64,000 nt of DNA, taken from positions 544,001 to 608,000 of the forward strand of contig CAXXNF010000001.1 in assembly GCA_963666365.2 (NCBI GenBank), written 5' to 3'. Of the stretch, positions 20,375-29,312 are shown piece after piece (positions within the stretch are counted from its first letter, which is position 1; the number at the start of each line of letters is the position of its first letter). The notes below the pieces were generated by a model, which saw only the letters and a list, made by a program, of their open reading frames with translations, was not told where the DNA came from and did not search any database. The position numbers were made by a program, and so were the translations under genes. This DNA comes from Syntrophales bacterium (GTDB lineage: Bacteria; Desulfobacterota; Syntrophia; Syntrophales; UBA2210).

Positions 20375-20923
20375 TTATGCAACACACCCCCAAGGAATAG
20401 AACCCCAAGCGAATTCGCCCCATTCCGCGCCTATATCGGACCGTTCCTCCTCTATGTCTAATGTTTCGACTGCGCAGAGCCTGCCCTCGGCAAAATGGCA
20501 AAGGACGGACCCGAATTTGCGAATGTCGATCGTCTCGATCTGCGGACCCCGCATACCTTGCATCGGTCCCCAGTCCGGGTTGATCGTGTCGCAGCTTTCG
20601 TTGAGATCGTCGCGCAGATTGAAGGCGCTGCACAGATCCTCGACATGGTCGTCAAAGGCGATGCCCGTTGCCTCGGCGTCCTCGAGTCCGCACAGGCGGC
20701 GAAAACGGAACACATGGGCGATCTCCGATTCTCCTGCAGCCAGAAACCGCTCTATGCGCTGGATCCTGAAAAACATAAAACCGTTGATTCTTCCGTCAAC
20801 CTTGAACAGCTCCAGAAACTTGGAATATTCGGCGCTGAACCGTTCGTAATCGTGGATCCGACCAACTCCCGGAACGCCTGATGCGATCACTCGAATCTGT
20901 TGCCGAATCGCCTCGAGACTCAT
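20375..20923 (-). CDS. tail terminator / neck protein
   Basis: Position; GVPGVG.IHDYER N-terminus; C-terminal WGxxxWGxxxWG. Confidence 0.5.
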   Translation of the reverse strand: MSLEAIRQQIRVIASGVPGVGRIHDYERFSAEYSKFLELFKVDGRINGFMFFRIQRIERFLAAGESEIAHVFRFRRLCGLEDAEATGIAFDDHVEDLCSAFNLRDDLNESCDTINPDWGPMQGMRGPQIETIDIRKFGSVLCHFAEGRLCAVETLDIEEERSDIGAEWGEFAWGSIPWGCVA

Positions 20924-21411
20924 TGCACCCTCCGCGCCGTTTCATCGGCAATGTCCGAAAGGATGGAGAGCACCCGCGCCATATTGTCGCCGATTGTGTT
21001 TTTGAACATATGCGCCCCCTCCGTTCCGCGGCGCGATATTGCGCGCGCCACCAGGAACGCCACGCTGTCCGCTTCCTTGCCGTCTATTTGCATCGTATGC
21101 ACGACCCAATGCCTGATTGCATCCACCGGCGGGAAATGCGGCTTTGTGCCGGATTCAACCGGTTCTCCGTGGACCGCCGGTGTTCCGAGGATTCCCGTGG
21201 TTGCCCCTTCGACCGATACGACCTGCCCGTAAATGGTATCCCGCAGGTGAATGGGGCCGGCCCCCTCGGGGGTTGCCTCTTTAATCAGCCGCTCAAGAAG
21301 CTGCACCGCTTCGGTAACCTTCGATTCGCGCGCCGCCCGCGATTCTGCCGGGTAGCGCTCCGAAAGCTCCTTGATGCCGGAAAGATCATATTTTATGACC
21401 GTTTCAAACAT
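20920..21411 (-). CDS. neck / virion morphogenesis protein (HK97 gp10-like)
   Basis: TP..G.LR, VE.GT.PH.PP, I.R.GT...MF motifs. Confidence 0.65.
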   Translation of the reverse strand: MFETVIKYDLSGIKELSERYPAESRAARESKVTEAVQLLERLIKEATPEGAGPIHLRDTIYGQVVSVEGATTGILGTPAVHGEPVESGTKPHFPPVDAIRHWVVHTMQIDGKEADSVAFLVARAISRRGTEGAHMFKNTIGDNMARVLSILSDIADETARRVQ

Positions 21412-22103
21412 CAGCGATATTTCCTCGGATGCGTCATATGGTCTTCGCCCCATGACGGCGTCGAATCCTGGTCGCCGGTTACCGACGCCGCTTTCGTTTG
21501 GCCATCCTTGATGCCCATATGATCGGCATACAACTTCCTGTACCGGGCGGCTCTCGCCGCAAAATCTCGGGATTTGCTCGTATGGTCCACGCTGTCAGCC
21601 TGGATAGTCGAATCCTGATTGCTGGCATAATAAGTGGCCAGCATCTCGCAAAAAACGGAGGCAGCCAGCGCCTGCACCGCCTCTTCGTCGAACCCGGCCA
21701 CCGTGCAGGTGGAATCTGTGCAAGCATGCATGGCCGTGTAGGTCACGCGGATCGATTCCGAAGCCGTGGGCCTGTCTTCCAGGAACCTGATTACCTGGCC
21801 GGAAGGTTTCCGATATATGCGCCATTCGCTGTCATGCAGCATATCGGGCGTCTCGTCGTCGTCATTTACCGGGTATTCGATCGATTTGACGGAGGAAAAT
21901 TCATCGTCCCACGCTTCCAGCCCTGATACCGGATAATCGAATCCGCCGTCGCCGTCCACGTCCTCAACGACAATGCGCGGTTTGTGTTTGGAATGCTCTT
22001 TCACGGCCCTGCCGATCGCCAGAATCTTATCGGCCTCGCCAAGCGGAAACTCTCCATGCACAAACCGCCCGATCGCCGCTATGTAGTCGTCTCGTGTACT
22101 CAT
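21411..22103 (-). CDS. head-tail adaptor protein
   Basis: Position and size. Confidence 0.5.
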   Translation of the reverse strand: MSTRDDYIAAIGRFVHGEFPLGEADKILAIGRAVKEHSKHKPRIVVEDVDGDGGFDYPVSGLEAWDDEFSSVKSIEYPVNDDDETPDMLHDSEWRIYRKPSGQVIRFLEDRPTASESIRVTYTAMHACTDSTCTVAGFDEEAVQALAASVFCEMLATYYASNQDSTIQADSVDHTSKSRDFAARAARYRKLYADHMGIKDGQTKAASVTGDQDSTPSWGEDHMTHPRKYR

Positions 22104-22113
22104 GATCGCTCCG

Positions 22114-22569
22114 CTAATTCTTAAAAATCCCTAGGGACGACAGCGTAAACGACGTGCCGCCGACGACATATTTCAACCGAATATACTTGCCGAAATTAGT
22201 GATTGCCTGCCGATATTGCCCGGTAGCGGTGATCTGGCTTATGGACGTATGATCGTACCATGTCGAATCGTCGCCGCTGACCTGGATCGTGATATCCAGT
22301 GTGGATGTGCCGGCCTCAGCGATAACGCCTACCAGGATCTGCCCTTCGTAATACGCAGACACTTCAAAACTCGACGAATAACCGGTGGCCGCAGTATACG
22401 TCCCGGACGACAGCATGGTGACGATCCTCGTTGTCCGGTCCGAAGCCCCTGCCGGGACGGCGCTGAACAGCATAATGGCGAACATAACCGCCACAACGGC
22501 CGGAATAAGCCCTGTAAGCCAACATTCTTTCAGGCTACATCTACCTGCGTGTTCTTGCGATTGCCTCAT
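22114..22569 (-). CDS. beta-rich putative virion protein with a signal-peptide-like N-terminus
   Basis: AGGAGG RBS; hydrophobic stretch ending VPAGA; IQVSGD...WYD and KYIRLKY motifs. Confidence 0.6.
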   Translation of the reverse strand: MRQSQEHAGRCSLKECWLTGLIPAVVAVMFAIMLFSAVPAGASDRTTRIVTMLSSGTYTAATGYSSSFEVSAYYEGQILVGVIAEAGTSTLDITIQVSGDDSTWYDHTSISQITATGQYRQAITNFGKYIRLKYVVGGTSFTLSSLGIFKN

Positions 22570-22626
22570 TTTTGCCCTCCTGGTGCGTTTTTCCCGCCCC
22601 TCGATATCCAATGCTCGAGAGTCCGG

Positions 22627-22657
22627 AAAAACGGGGCGGGGCGAACCCCGCCCGTTT
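22627..22657 (-). terminator. intrinsic terminator
   Basis: AAACGGGCGGGG-TTCG-CCCCGCCCCGTTTTT on the minus strand. Confidence 0.6.
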
Positions 22658-22660
22658 GCA

Positions 22661-24214
22661 TTATGGTTTTTCGTATATTTCAACTACGTCGGTGCCGTTG
22701 TCGGCATAAATCGCGGTTTTAGCGTTGGCGATCGTACCGCCGCTCTGCCCCGTAACCTTGAATGTCAAAATCTGGCCGGACGTATTGTTGATAAAAAAGA
22801 TCTTGCCCGCTGTCGCTGCGGGAAGAATCGCGTTGCATCCCCCATCCGCATTCGTCACGATGATATATGTTGCCTGGGCCTCAGATGCCGACAGCGTCCA
22901 GTCCGCATGCCCGCCGCTGTAATCGTGCGATGCCGTGCTGCACACGTCTACTGTGCCGGACGCATCGGGCAACGTGATTGTCCGGTCTGCGGTCGGATCG
23001 GTGGAAGATACGGTCGTTTCGTAAGCGTCGGCCGTCGCGCCCTCGAAGACAAGACCGTTCGATGTGCCCGTCACTGCATTTGCCGCGTCGGCCCCGTTGG
23101 TTGCCAGGCTCGACAGCATCACCGTGCCGCCCGCGTCGGGAAGCACCACCGACCGGTCCGCAGTCGGATCAGTGGAAGATACGGTTGTTTCGTAAGCGTC
23201 GGCCGTCGCGCCCTCGAAGACCAGGCCATTCGATGCGCCCGTCACTGCATTTGCCGCGTCGGCCCCGTTGGTTGCCAGGCTCGACAGCATCACCGTGCCG
23301 CCCGCGTCGGGAAGCACCACCGACCGGTCCGCAGTCGGATCAGTGGAAGATACGGTCGTTTCGTAATCGTTTGCCGTTGCGCCCTCGAAGACCAGGCCGT
23401 TCGATGCGCCTGTTACCGCATTTGCCGCGTCGGCCCCGTTGGTTGCCAGGCTCGACAGCATCACCGTGCCGCCCGCGTCGGGGACCGTCACGGTCCTGTC
23501 TGCGGTCGGGTCGGTGAACGCGACAGTAGTTTCGTAAGCGTTGGCCGTTGCACCCTCCGCTACGAGGCTGTTGGCCGCGCCCCATATGCCCGTTGCGGCG
23601 TCGGGAATGGCGGCGGAGAGAATCGGCACGCCCGATGCATCGGGCAGCGTGATAGTGTTGTCCGCAGTCGGGTCGGTAACGGCAATCGTCGTTTCATAGG
23701 CGTCTGCCGACGCGCCCTCCATGATAATCGGCGATGCGCCGGAGAGCACGCCCAGGGCCGTCAGTGTTGAGCTGTCGAAGTAGTTGCCGCAGTTGACGTA
23801 ATAGTCGGTAGTCGATATGGCGATGCCCACCTGCTGGTCCCAGGATGGCGCGGATTGCGTAATCGCGCCTGCCGTTTCGGACAGATAGCCCGGCTGCCCT
23901 TCGGTCAGCGACGACCATCCGGAAAACACGCCCTGTATGACAATCTCCACGTTGGCGCCCGATGCCGCGTCCTTCCCGGCAACGCCCACGGCGGGCCGGA
24001 GGTCGGAATCGTTTGCATCGGCTGCATACGCGTATCCGTCGGCGTCTTTTATGGCCACCGCCTCTCCGGCGCTTATGGCCTCGCCTGCAACGGCGGATAT
24101 TCGCGTCCATTTAAGCTTTGCATAATAGGCCGCCTGCGCAGGCATCGCGATTAGCGCGATCAGCATCAAGGCGGCGACAATCAGCGCAATATTGAAAATT
24201 CTGATTCTTTTCAT
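22661..24214 (-). CDS. head decoration / head-fibre protein with signal peptide and 57-aa repeats
   Basis: Directly after the capsid gene; AGEAISAG domain; repeated EGA.A..YETT....DPTAD. Confidence 0.65.
   Translation of the reverse strand: MKRIRIFNIALIVAALMLIALIAMPAQAAYYAKLKWTRISAVAGEAISAGEAVAIKDADGYAYAADANDSDLRPAVGVAGKDAASGANVEIVIQGVFSGWSSLTEGQPGYLSETAGAITQSAPSWDQQVGIAISTTDYYVNCGNYFDSSTLTALGVLSGASPIIMEGASADAYETTIAVTDPTADNTITLPDASGVPILSAAIPDAATGIWGAANSLVAEGATANAYETTVAFTDPTADRTVTVPDAGGTVMLSSLATNGADAANAVTGASNGLVFEGATANDYETTVSSTDPTADRSVVLPDAGGTVMLSSLATNGADAANAVTGASNGLVFEGATADAYETTVSSTDPTADRSVVLPDAGGTVMLSSLATNGADAANAVTGTSNGLVFEGATADAYETTVSSTDPTADRTITLPDASGTVDVCSTASHDYSGGHADWTLSASEAQATYIIVTNADGGCNAILPAATAGKIFFINNTSGQILTFKVTGQSGGTIANAKTAIYADNGTDVVEIYEKP
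22950..23720. repeat. 171-bp tandem coding repeats (about 5 units, three near-identical)
   Basis: GTGGAAGATA recurs at 23001, 23172 and 23343. Confidence 0.9.
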
Positions 24215-24311
24215 GTCATGTCCTCCATCTGAGGTTTTTAAAGTGAGGGCCGCAGCCTCGCGGCCCTCAATGTTCTTGACGATAGAAACGATCCTAACGC
24301 TTTTAACGCCG

Positions 24312-26705
24312 CTAATCGGCTACAACAGCCTTGTACGCGCCCACGTAATCGAGCGGGCTGCCGCCGTATTCATGGCGCACTTTGTGCTTGATCTGATCGG
24401 CCACGAGCATGAACTGCCCGGTAGGCACATCGGCCACGAAATATTCCGGTTCCTCGTTGCCGAAAAGATAGCCCATCTCGATAATTTCGGCGATGTCGGC
24501 AGGAACGGTCAGGATCCAGTCGGTGGCGTCGCCGTTCAACAGGGGATTCGCCCGCGGAACGAGCCTGTTTGCACAGGGGTTTCTCGTTTTGGCCGTGAGA
24601 TCGTTGGAGCTGTAATAGTACGGCTCATTTGCGATGTCCTCTGCAGTAGACAGCAGATCCGCCGGTACCCACAGATTGACTTTTGTGTCTCCACCGCCAA
24701 GGATGCCGATATATTCTCCCGAATCCTTTTCCGTCATCTTCATGAGGGCGAGATAGGCGGTCCATGCATTTGCATAGCCCAGCGCGCCCGATCCCAGGTT
24801 CCCGTGGGCTTCGGTGAATATTGCCGTTCCATCGGTGCAGGTCGAATTGTCGATCAGGAATGTCCAGCAGAACCGTGCATGCGTCCGGCGCGTTGAAATG
24901 CCAAGTGCGTCAAGTATGCGGGTTGCCACGCTGATATCGTCGTTAATCAAAAATTTCCTCGAGAACGTGAGCAGATTTCCCTTCTGGAGGACCACGTAGG
25001 AGGCTTCTTCGTCCGTGATGGCCGCAATTTCATGATAATCTCCCGATTCCGGATCGACATCCTCAATATCGGGGAATCCGCCGACTTTGACCGCTTCCTG
25101 CGTTTTAAAATTCTTCGCAGATTTTTTTACGGAAACGATCATGTTTTCGTAATATTCGATCTTGTTATACGCCGCGATCAGCCGCCGCGCCATCGTATTG
25201 CCCAGGGCGTAAGTGAAGGTCGTGCTGTCGATCTCCATCATGGCGCGCTTCGGATGAAAGCGGCCCGTGACCTCGGCGTCGCCGCCGAAAAACACGTAGG
25301 CTTCCATTATGCTCTTGAACGCGGGAATTTTGTCGAACTCAGCGAAATCCTGAACGCTTCGCATATCCATAAACTTTGGTTCATGGTCCAGGCGTTCCAT
25401 TCGGGCGAACTGCTGCATCTGCTCGCCACGGAATCCGAAGAGCCGGTCCAGCCCCATCTGCGCCTTTTGCAGCGAATCGATGCCGACTCGGATCGACGGT
25501 CCTGCGGCGACGCCGTTTCCCTCGGCGGGTGCCGACATCTGCGCGATGTAATCCTTCTCCGCGCCGATGGCCGTATCGAGTTCGGCGGGCTCGAATATCC
25601 TGCCGTCAAACTGTTCCCGGACGCGCTTTTTAGCGAACGCCGGCAGGTCCGATTCGGCGAGTTTGTCTGAAAGCAGCGTGCCGCACCGGAACAGTCTGAA
25701 ATCGTCCTTTGTGGCGAAATTTCCGTTGTCGCCGCCTCCGGCCGAATCTGCCGCTTTCGGCTCCATTGCCATTCTGGCCAGCCCCTGTATATCCTGATCG
25801 GTAAGGGTCGTTGCGTCCCTCCCTTGCAGGAGGTCCGGCCGCTTCTCCCTGATAAGACTGATCATATAGTCTCTCATCTGGTCCTCCTCAAATGTGTGGG
25901 CCGGCGCTGAGGCCACCGCCCGGTTGAATTTTCCACCCGCAGCCGCACGGGTGACTATGTCCACGCTGTCGGCACTGAAAAATTTCACTATCTTCAGGAC
26001 CGTTTTGCCGTCGATCACTTCCTGAGTGGCGCGCACAGGGCAATCGAATGAAAGCCCATAGACGCGTTCGCCGTTTTCCATCGCCGCCAGCAGGTTTTTG
26101 CCAAGCCATTTCGCGGAATCCACGAAATGCAGAATGCCTTTGAGACCCTCGCCCGTCACAGCGCGCACCTTGTCGATCCAACCGACCTTGTTGCGCACGA
26201 GCAGTTGTTTGATATCAAAAAGCGGCTCCGGAAGATGCCCCGCCCGTCCGGGAAGTTCGAAGAGGTTTACATCTACGCCCTCGAAAATGCCTTCCTCTGC
26301 AACGGCGCGAATAATGTCGTCCGTGATGTACCACCCCGTCAACGTATGTCCAGGATTGCAAATCGTCACATCCCACTCGGTGCCCTCGACGTTTTTCGCC
26401 ATGCCGATGCGGCAGTCCATAACCAGGCCGCTGTCCGTCGCTTCCTGGCGGGAATTGACATCGACATATTTCTGCTCAACTTCCACGATTTCGCTTCCGA
26501 GCTGTATCGCATCGTCGATAATCGCATAGCCGACACGGTACATCTTCCCTGTGTTGTCGTCGGTGTAGATCAGATATGTGTCATATAGTTCCCTGATCCA
26601 CAGCTGATCGCCCTTGTCTTTCAACGCCGCCCAGACCATTTCCCTGATCCGGTCGAGGCTGATTTCCTGGCTGCTGCGCATATCTATCGTCGGTTTTGTT
26701 TTCAT
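24312..26705 (-). CDS. prohead protease-scaffold-major capsid fusion protein
   Basis: SVDIVT..AAGG protease-like motif; capsid motifs G....SRKFLINDD and DGTAIF..AHGNL. Confidence 0.8.
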   Translation of the reverse strand: MKTKPTIDMRSSQEISLDRIREMVWAALKDKGDQLWIRELYDTYLIYTDDNTGKMYRVGYAIIDDAIQLGSEIVEVEQKYVDVNSRQEATDSGLVMDCRIGMAKNVEGTEWDVTICNPGHTLTGWYITDDIIRAVAEEGIFEGVDVNLFELPGRAGHLPEPLFDIKQLLVRNKVGWIDKVRAVTGEGLKGILHFVDSAKWLGKNLLAAMENGERVYGLSFDCPVRATQEVIDGKTVLKIVKFFSADSVDIVTRAAAGGKFNRAVASAPAHTFEEDQMRDYMISLIREKRPDLLQGRDATTLTDQDIQGLARMAMEPKAADSAGGGDNGNFATKDDFRLFRCGTLLSDKLAESDLPAFAKKRVREQFDGRIFEPAELDTAIGAEKDYIAQMSAPAEGNGVAAGPSIRVGIDSLQKAQMGLDRLFGFRGEQMQQFARMERLDHEPKFMDMRSVQDFAEFDKIPAFKSIMEAYVFFGGDAEVTGRFHPKRAMMEIDSTTFTYALGNTMARRLIAAYNKIEYYENMIVSVKKSAKNFKTQEAVKVGGFPDIEDVDPESGDYHEIAAITDEEASYVVLQKGNLLTFSRKFLINDDISVATRILDALGISTRRTHARFCWTFLIDNSTCTDGTAIFTEAHGNLGSGALGYANAWTAYLALMKMTEKDSGEYIGILGGGDTKVNLWVPADLLSTAEDIANEPYYYSSNDLTAKTRNPCANRLVPRANPLLNGDATDWILTVPADIAEIIEMGYLFGNEEPEYFVADVPTGQFMLVADQIKHKVRHEYGGSPLDYVGAYKAVVAD

Positions 26706-26720
26706 CGGTCGCCGCCTCCC

Positions 26721-27014
26721 TTATTTCTTCGGGCCGGGTGTAAGCTTCTTCGACTTCGGATTCGGATTGATGCCGGTGATCTGGATCTGATTCAGAGGCG
26801 TTACCTCGTCGCCGGCTGCATAAAAAACCTTTTTTCCACCCCTGGTAACGATGACCGCCACGGTTGTTTTGCGCCTCGGATCTTGCCGCACGCCGGAGGC
26901 AAAGACGTATTTCTCGTCGATGCCGTAGGCGTCGCATGCCATTGCTATAAGCTCCTTCTTCTTGTCCGGTTTTTTTGCCGTCTCGTCGACGGCCGGGTCT
27001 TTTTTCTCCGCCAT
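26721..27014 (-). CDS. hypothetical phage protein
   Basis: 97-aa basic ORF with AGGAGG RBS. Confidence 0.6.
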   Translation of the reverse strand: MAEKKDPAVDETAKKPDKKKELIAMACDAYGIDEKYVFASGVRQDPRRKTTVAVIVTRGGKKVFYAAGDEVTPLNQIQITGINPNPKSKKLTPGPKK

Positions 27015-27036
27015 TTTTCTGGCCTCCTTTTTGAAA

Positions 27037-27885
27037 TTACGCCGCGAGATCTTCCGCCGCCCGTTCCCAGTGCTCATGATAGGGCACGGAATAGCACCCG
27101 CAATTAATAGTGTTTTCCGCCGATCCAGCCGGATCGCGGGGATACATTAACTTTTCTCCGCCCACGTCGAACGGCTGGTCCACGTCCCTGATCTGCCCGT
27201 CCGCAGCCAGATGCGACATTCGCGGAACCTTCGCAAAATCGCTGTGCACCCATTGCTTTTTCAACCCCGGAACCGCCTTTGCCGCCTGCTCGCGCCTGGC
27301 CTGGTTCGCTGCCTCAAGCACACGGCCGCATTCGTTGCGCGTAATCGTCTCGGCCCGTGCGGCAATCGATTTGAAAATGCTCTTGTCTTTCAGGTTTTTC
27401 CCCACCGCCTGCATCACTTCGAAGGGCGATTTCCGGCCGAGCAGCCCGCGTGTAAGTTCGGCTGTGATCTTCTTGTTGGCATCCGCCGCAAGCCCCGTCA
27501 CGAGATCGGTGCCGTATCCCTGGAGAATACCGAGCATGGTTGTATCGATTTGCGGCATGGCAACGGCGATGTTCGCGCTCACGGCAGCAGAAACCGGCTC
27601 GTCTACCAGCAAAATGCCCTGGTCCCAGAAATCGAGTTGACGGTCGTTGAGATCCATATTGTACAGCTGCGCATATGACTGCATTGCCCGTTCCACGGCG
27701 CTTTTGAGCTGAGGCAGCCGATACATCTCCCATTCGGTCGATGCCACCGTGGCGGCGATCTCTTTACGCGCCGCCTCCAGAATCCTGATGGAATTTTTTA
27801 CCGCCTCGTTTTCCATCTTGGTCGCCTGTGCGATCAGCTGTTCCACTTTTTTCCTGAATGCCCGCTCCCGCTGAGATTTCGTCAT
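27037..27885 (-). CDS. head morphogenesis protein (Mu gpF / SPP1 gp7 family)
   Basis: RAETITRNE, R.SH..ADGQ, YP.DP....ENTINCGC. Confidence 0.85.
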   Translation of the reverse strand: MTKSQRERAFRKKVEQLIAQATKMENEAVKNSIRILEAARKEIAATVASTEWEMYRLPQLKSAVERAMQSYAQLYNMDLNDRQLDFWDQGILLVDEPVSAAVSANIAVAMPQIDTTMLGILQGYGTDLVTGLAADANKKITAELTRGLLGRKSPFEVMQAVGKNLKDKSIFKSIAARAETITRNECGRVLEAANQARREQAAKAVPGLKKQWVHSDFAKVPRMSHLAADGQIRDVDQPFDVGGEKLMYPRDPAGSAENTINCGCYSVPYHEHWERAAEDLAA

Positions 27886-27887
27886 AA

Positions 27888-29312
27888 CTACCCCAGCAAT
27901 TTATCGTAATCGGTGCCGCCGTCATCCGGCGCACTCTTCGCCGCGTCGATCATTTCCTGTGCGTCGATCTCGTACCCCAGATAGGTTGCCGCATAGGCGA
28001 AGAGCTTCGTTGCCTCGTCTGCGGTGATGAACCGCTCCGATACCGCGATCGAAAGCGCCGTGGTTATCTGCGGCAATCCGTTCATGATCTTTGTGAAATC
28101 CTTTTTGGAAATCTCCGGCATATTGACAGAAAAACCCGCCTCGGCCTGCTTCTCCGACAGGCGGCCGTGAATGACCGCCTGATCCACGACGAACTGAATC
28201 ACGTCGTTCAATAAATCCGTATATTCCCGCTGCCGGTCGTCGAGATCCTTATACGGCACCGCCCCGAAGAGTTCCGCCTCGGTTTGATATGCCTTTCCGC
28301 CCTCGCCGTACCACGACGCCGGACGGCCCGCCGAACCCATGATGAACGATTTCGCCATCTCGAAACCCTGGGTCATGTCGGCCGCTTTCAGGTCCGGCGC
28401 CACTGCTTTCCATTCAACCTGCTCGTTATGCGCACGCATCGCTCCCGGCTGCGGCGCCTGGTTGTCTCGAAGCCATTTGCGGATCTCTTCCTCGTCCATG
28501 CCTTTCAGCAAAACATCCCAGATAAAATTCAGCAAAAACTCGGCACGTTCCAGATAGTTGAATCCGTAACGCTCCATAGAATCTATCCAGTCGAACAATG
28601 TCAGATAGTCGGATCTGCCCCTGGGCGAATTGGGCGGATTGTTGATCGCCATGAAAAATGCATTTCCTACCAAGCGCCCAAACTCCTTCTTTCGCGGGTC
28701 GGCCTCCTCTCGAATGATGGTGTATTTCTCGCCGGGACGTCCCATTCGGCCCTTGAGTTCCACCATCCACACCTGTTCGACATTTCGCGGGTTGACATAT
28801 ACTTCTTTTATCTGAGCCGGATCGATGTAGCGCATCCGAATGAATCCGTTAACCGGGTTGACATCGACAGGCCACAGCTGCTCGCCGAGCACCGAAAGCC
28901 ACAGGCATTTTCGCGGAAACCGCAGGGCCATTTTGTTTTCCCGGTGTTTTAAAAAACGGTCGATAACGCCCTGGACCTCCGGATCGTCCGACTGGACGGT
29001 AAAGGGCTCGCCGAATATAAAGGTCTTGTCTATCGTGGCCATGCGCTTCAGCATGGGCGAGGCGTCCCACATATAATAGGCAACCTCGAACATGCGGTCC
29101 TGCGTGATCGGAGTCAGGTCGCGTCGCGTCACCGGTTCGGCGCCGGTCTTGCGGTAACCTTCATTGTTCGGATCGTAAGACGCCGTAATCGGTACGGCCA
29201 TCTTCGCCCGCCTTACTTCCCCGGCCACCTCGACGGCCACCATTTCGCGGATTTCCTCGTCGGATCTCAGCCCAGGAGCCAGCACGCGCGCTATTTTTTC
29301 CCGAAAACTCAT
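27888..29312 (-). CDS. portal protein
   Basis: Between terminase and gpF; TGATG coupling to the terminase stop. Confidence 0.75.
   Translation of the reverse strand: MSFREKIARVLAPGLRSDEEIREMVAVEVAGEVRRAKMAVPITASYDPNNEGYRKTGAEPVTRRDLTPITQDRMFEVAYYMWDASPMLKRMATIDKTFIFGEPFTVQSDDPEVQGVIDRFLKHRENKMALRFPRKCLWLSVLGEQLWPVDVNPVNGFIRMRYIDPAQIKEVYVNPRNVEQVWMVELKGRMGRPGEKYTIIREEADPRKKEFGRLVGNAFFMAINNPPNSPRGRSDYLTLFDWIDSMERYGFNYLERAEFLLNFIWDVLLKGMDEEEIRKWLRDNQAPQPGAMRAHNEQVEWKAVAPDLKAADMTQGFEMAKSFIMGSAGRPASWYGEGGKAYQTEAELFGAVPYKDLDDRQREYTDLLNDVIQFVVDQAVIHGRLSEKQAEAGFSVNMPEISKKDFTKIMNGLPQITTALSIAVSERFITADEATKLFAYAATYLGYEIDAQEMIDAAKSAPDDGGTDYDKLLG

Noticed and set aside
19206..20923. Contractile (Mu-type) tail
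   Set aside because: No sheath or baseplate wedge genes recognised; the layout fits a non-contractile tail
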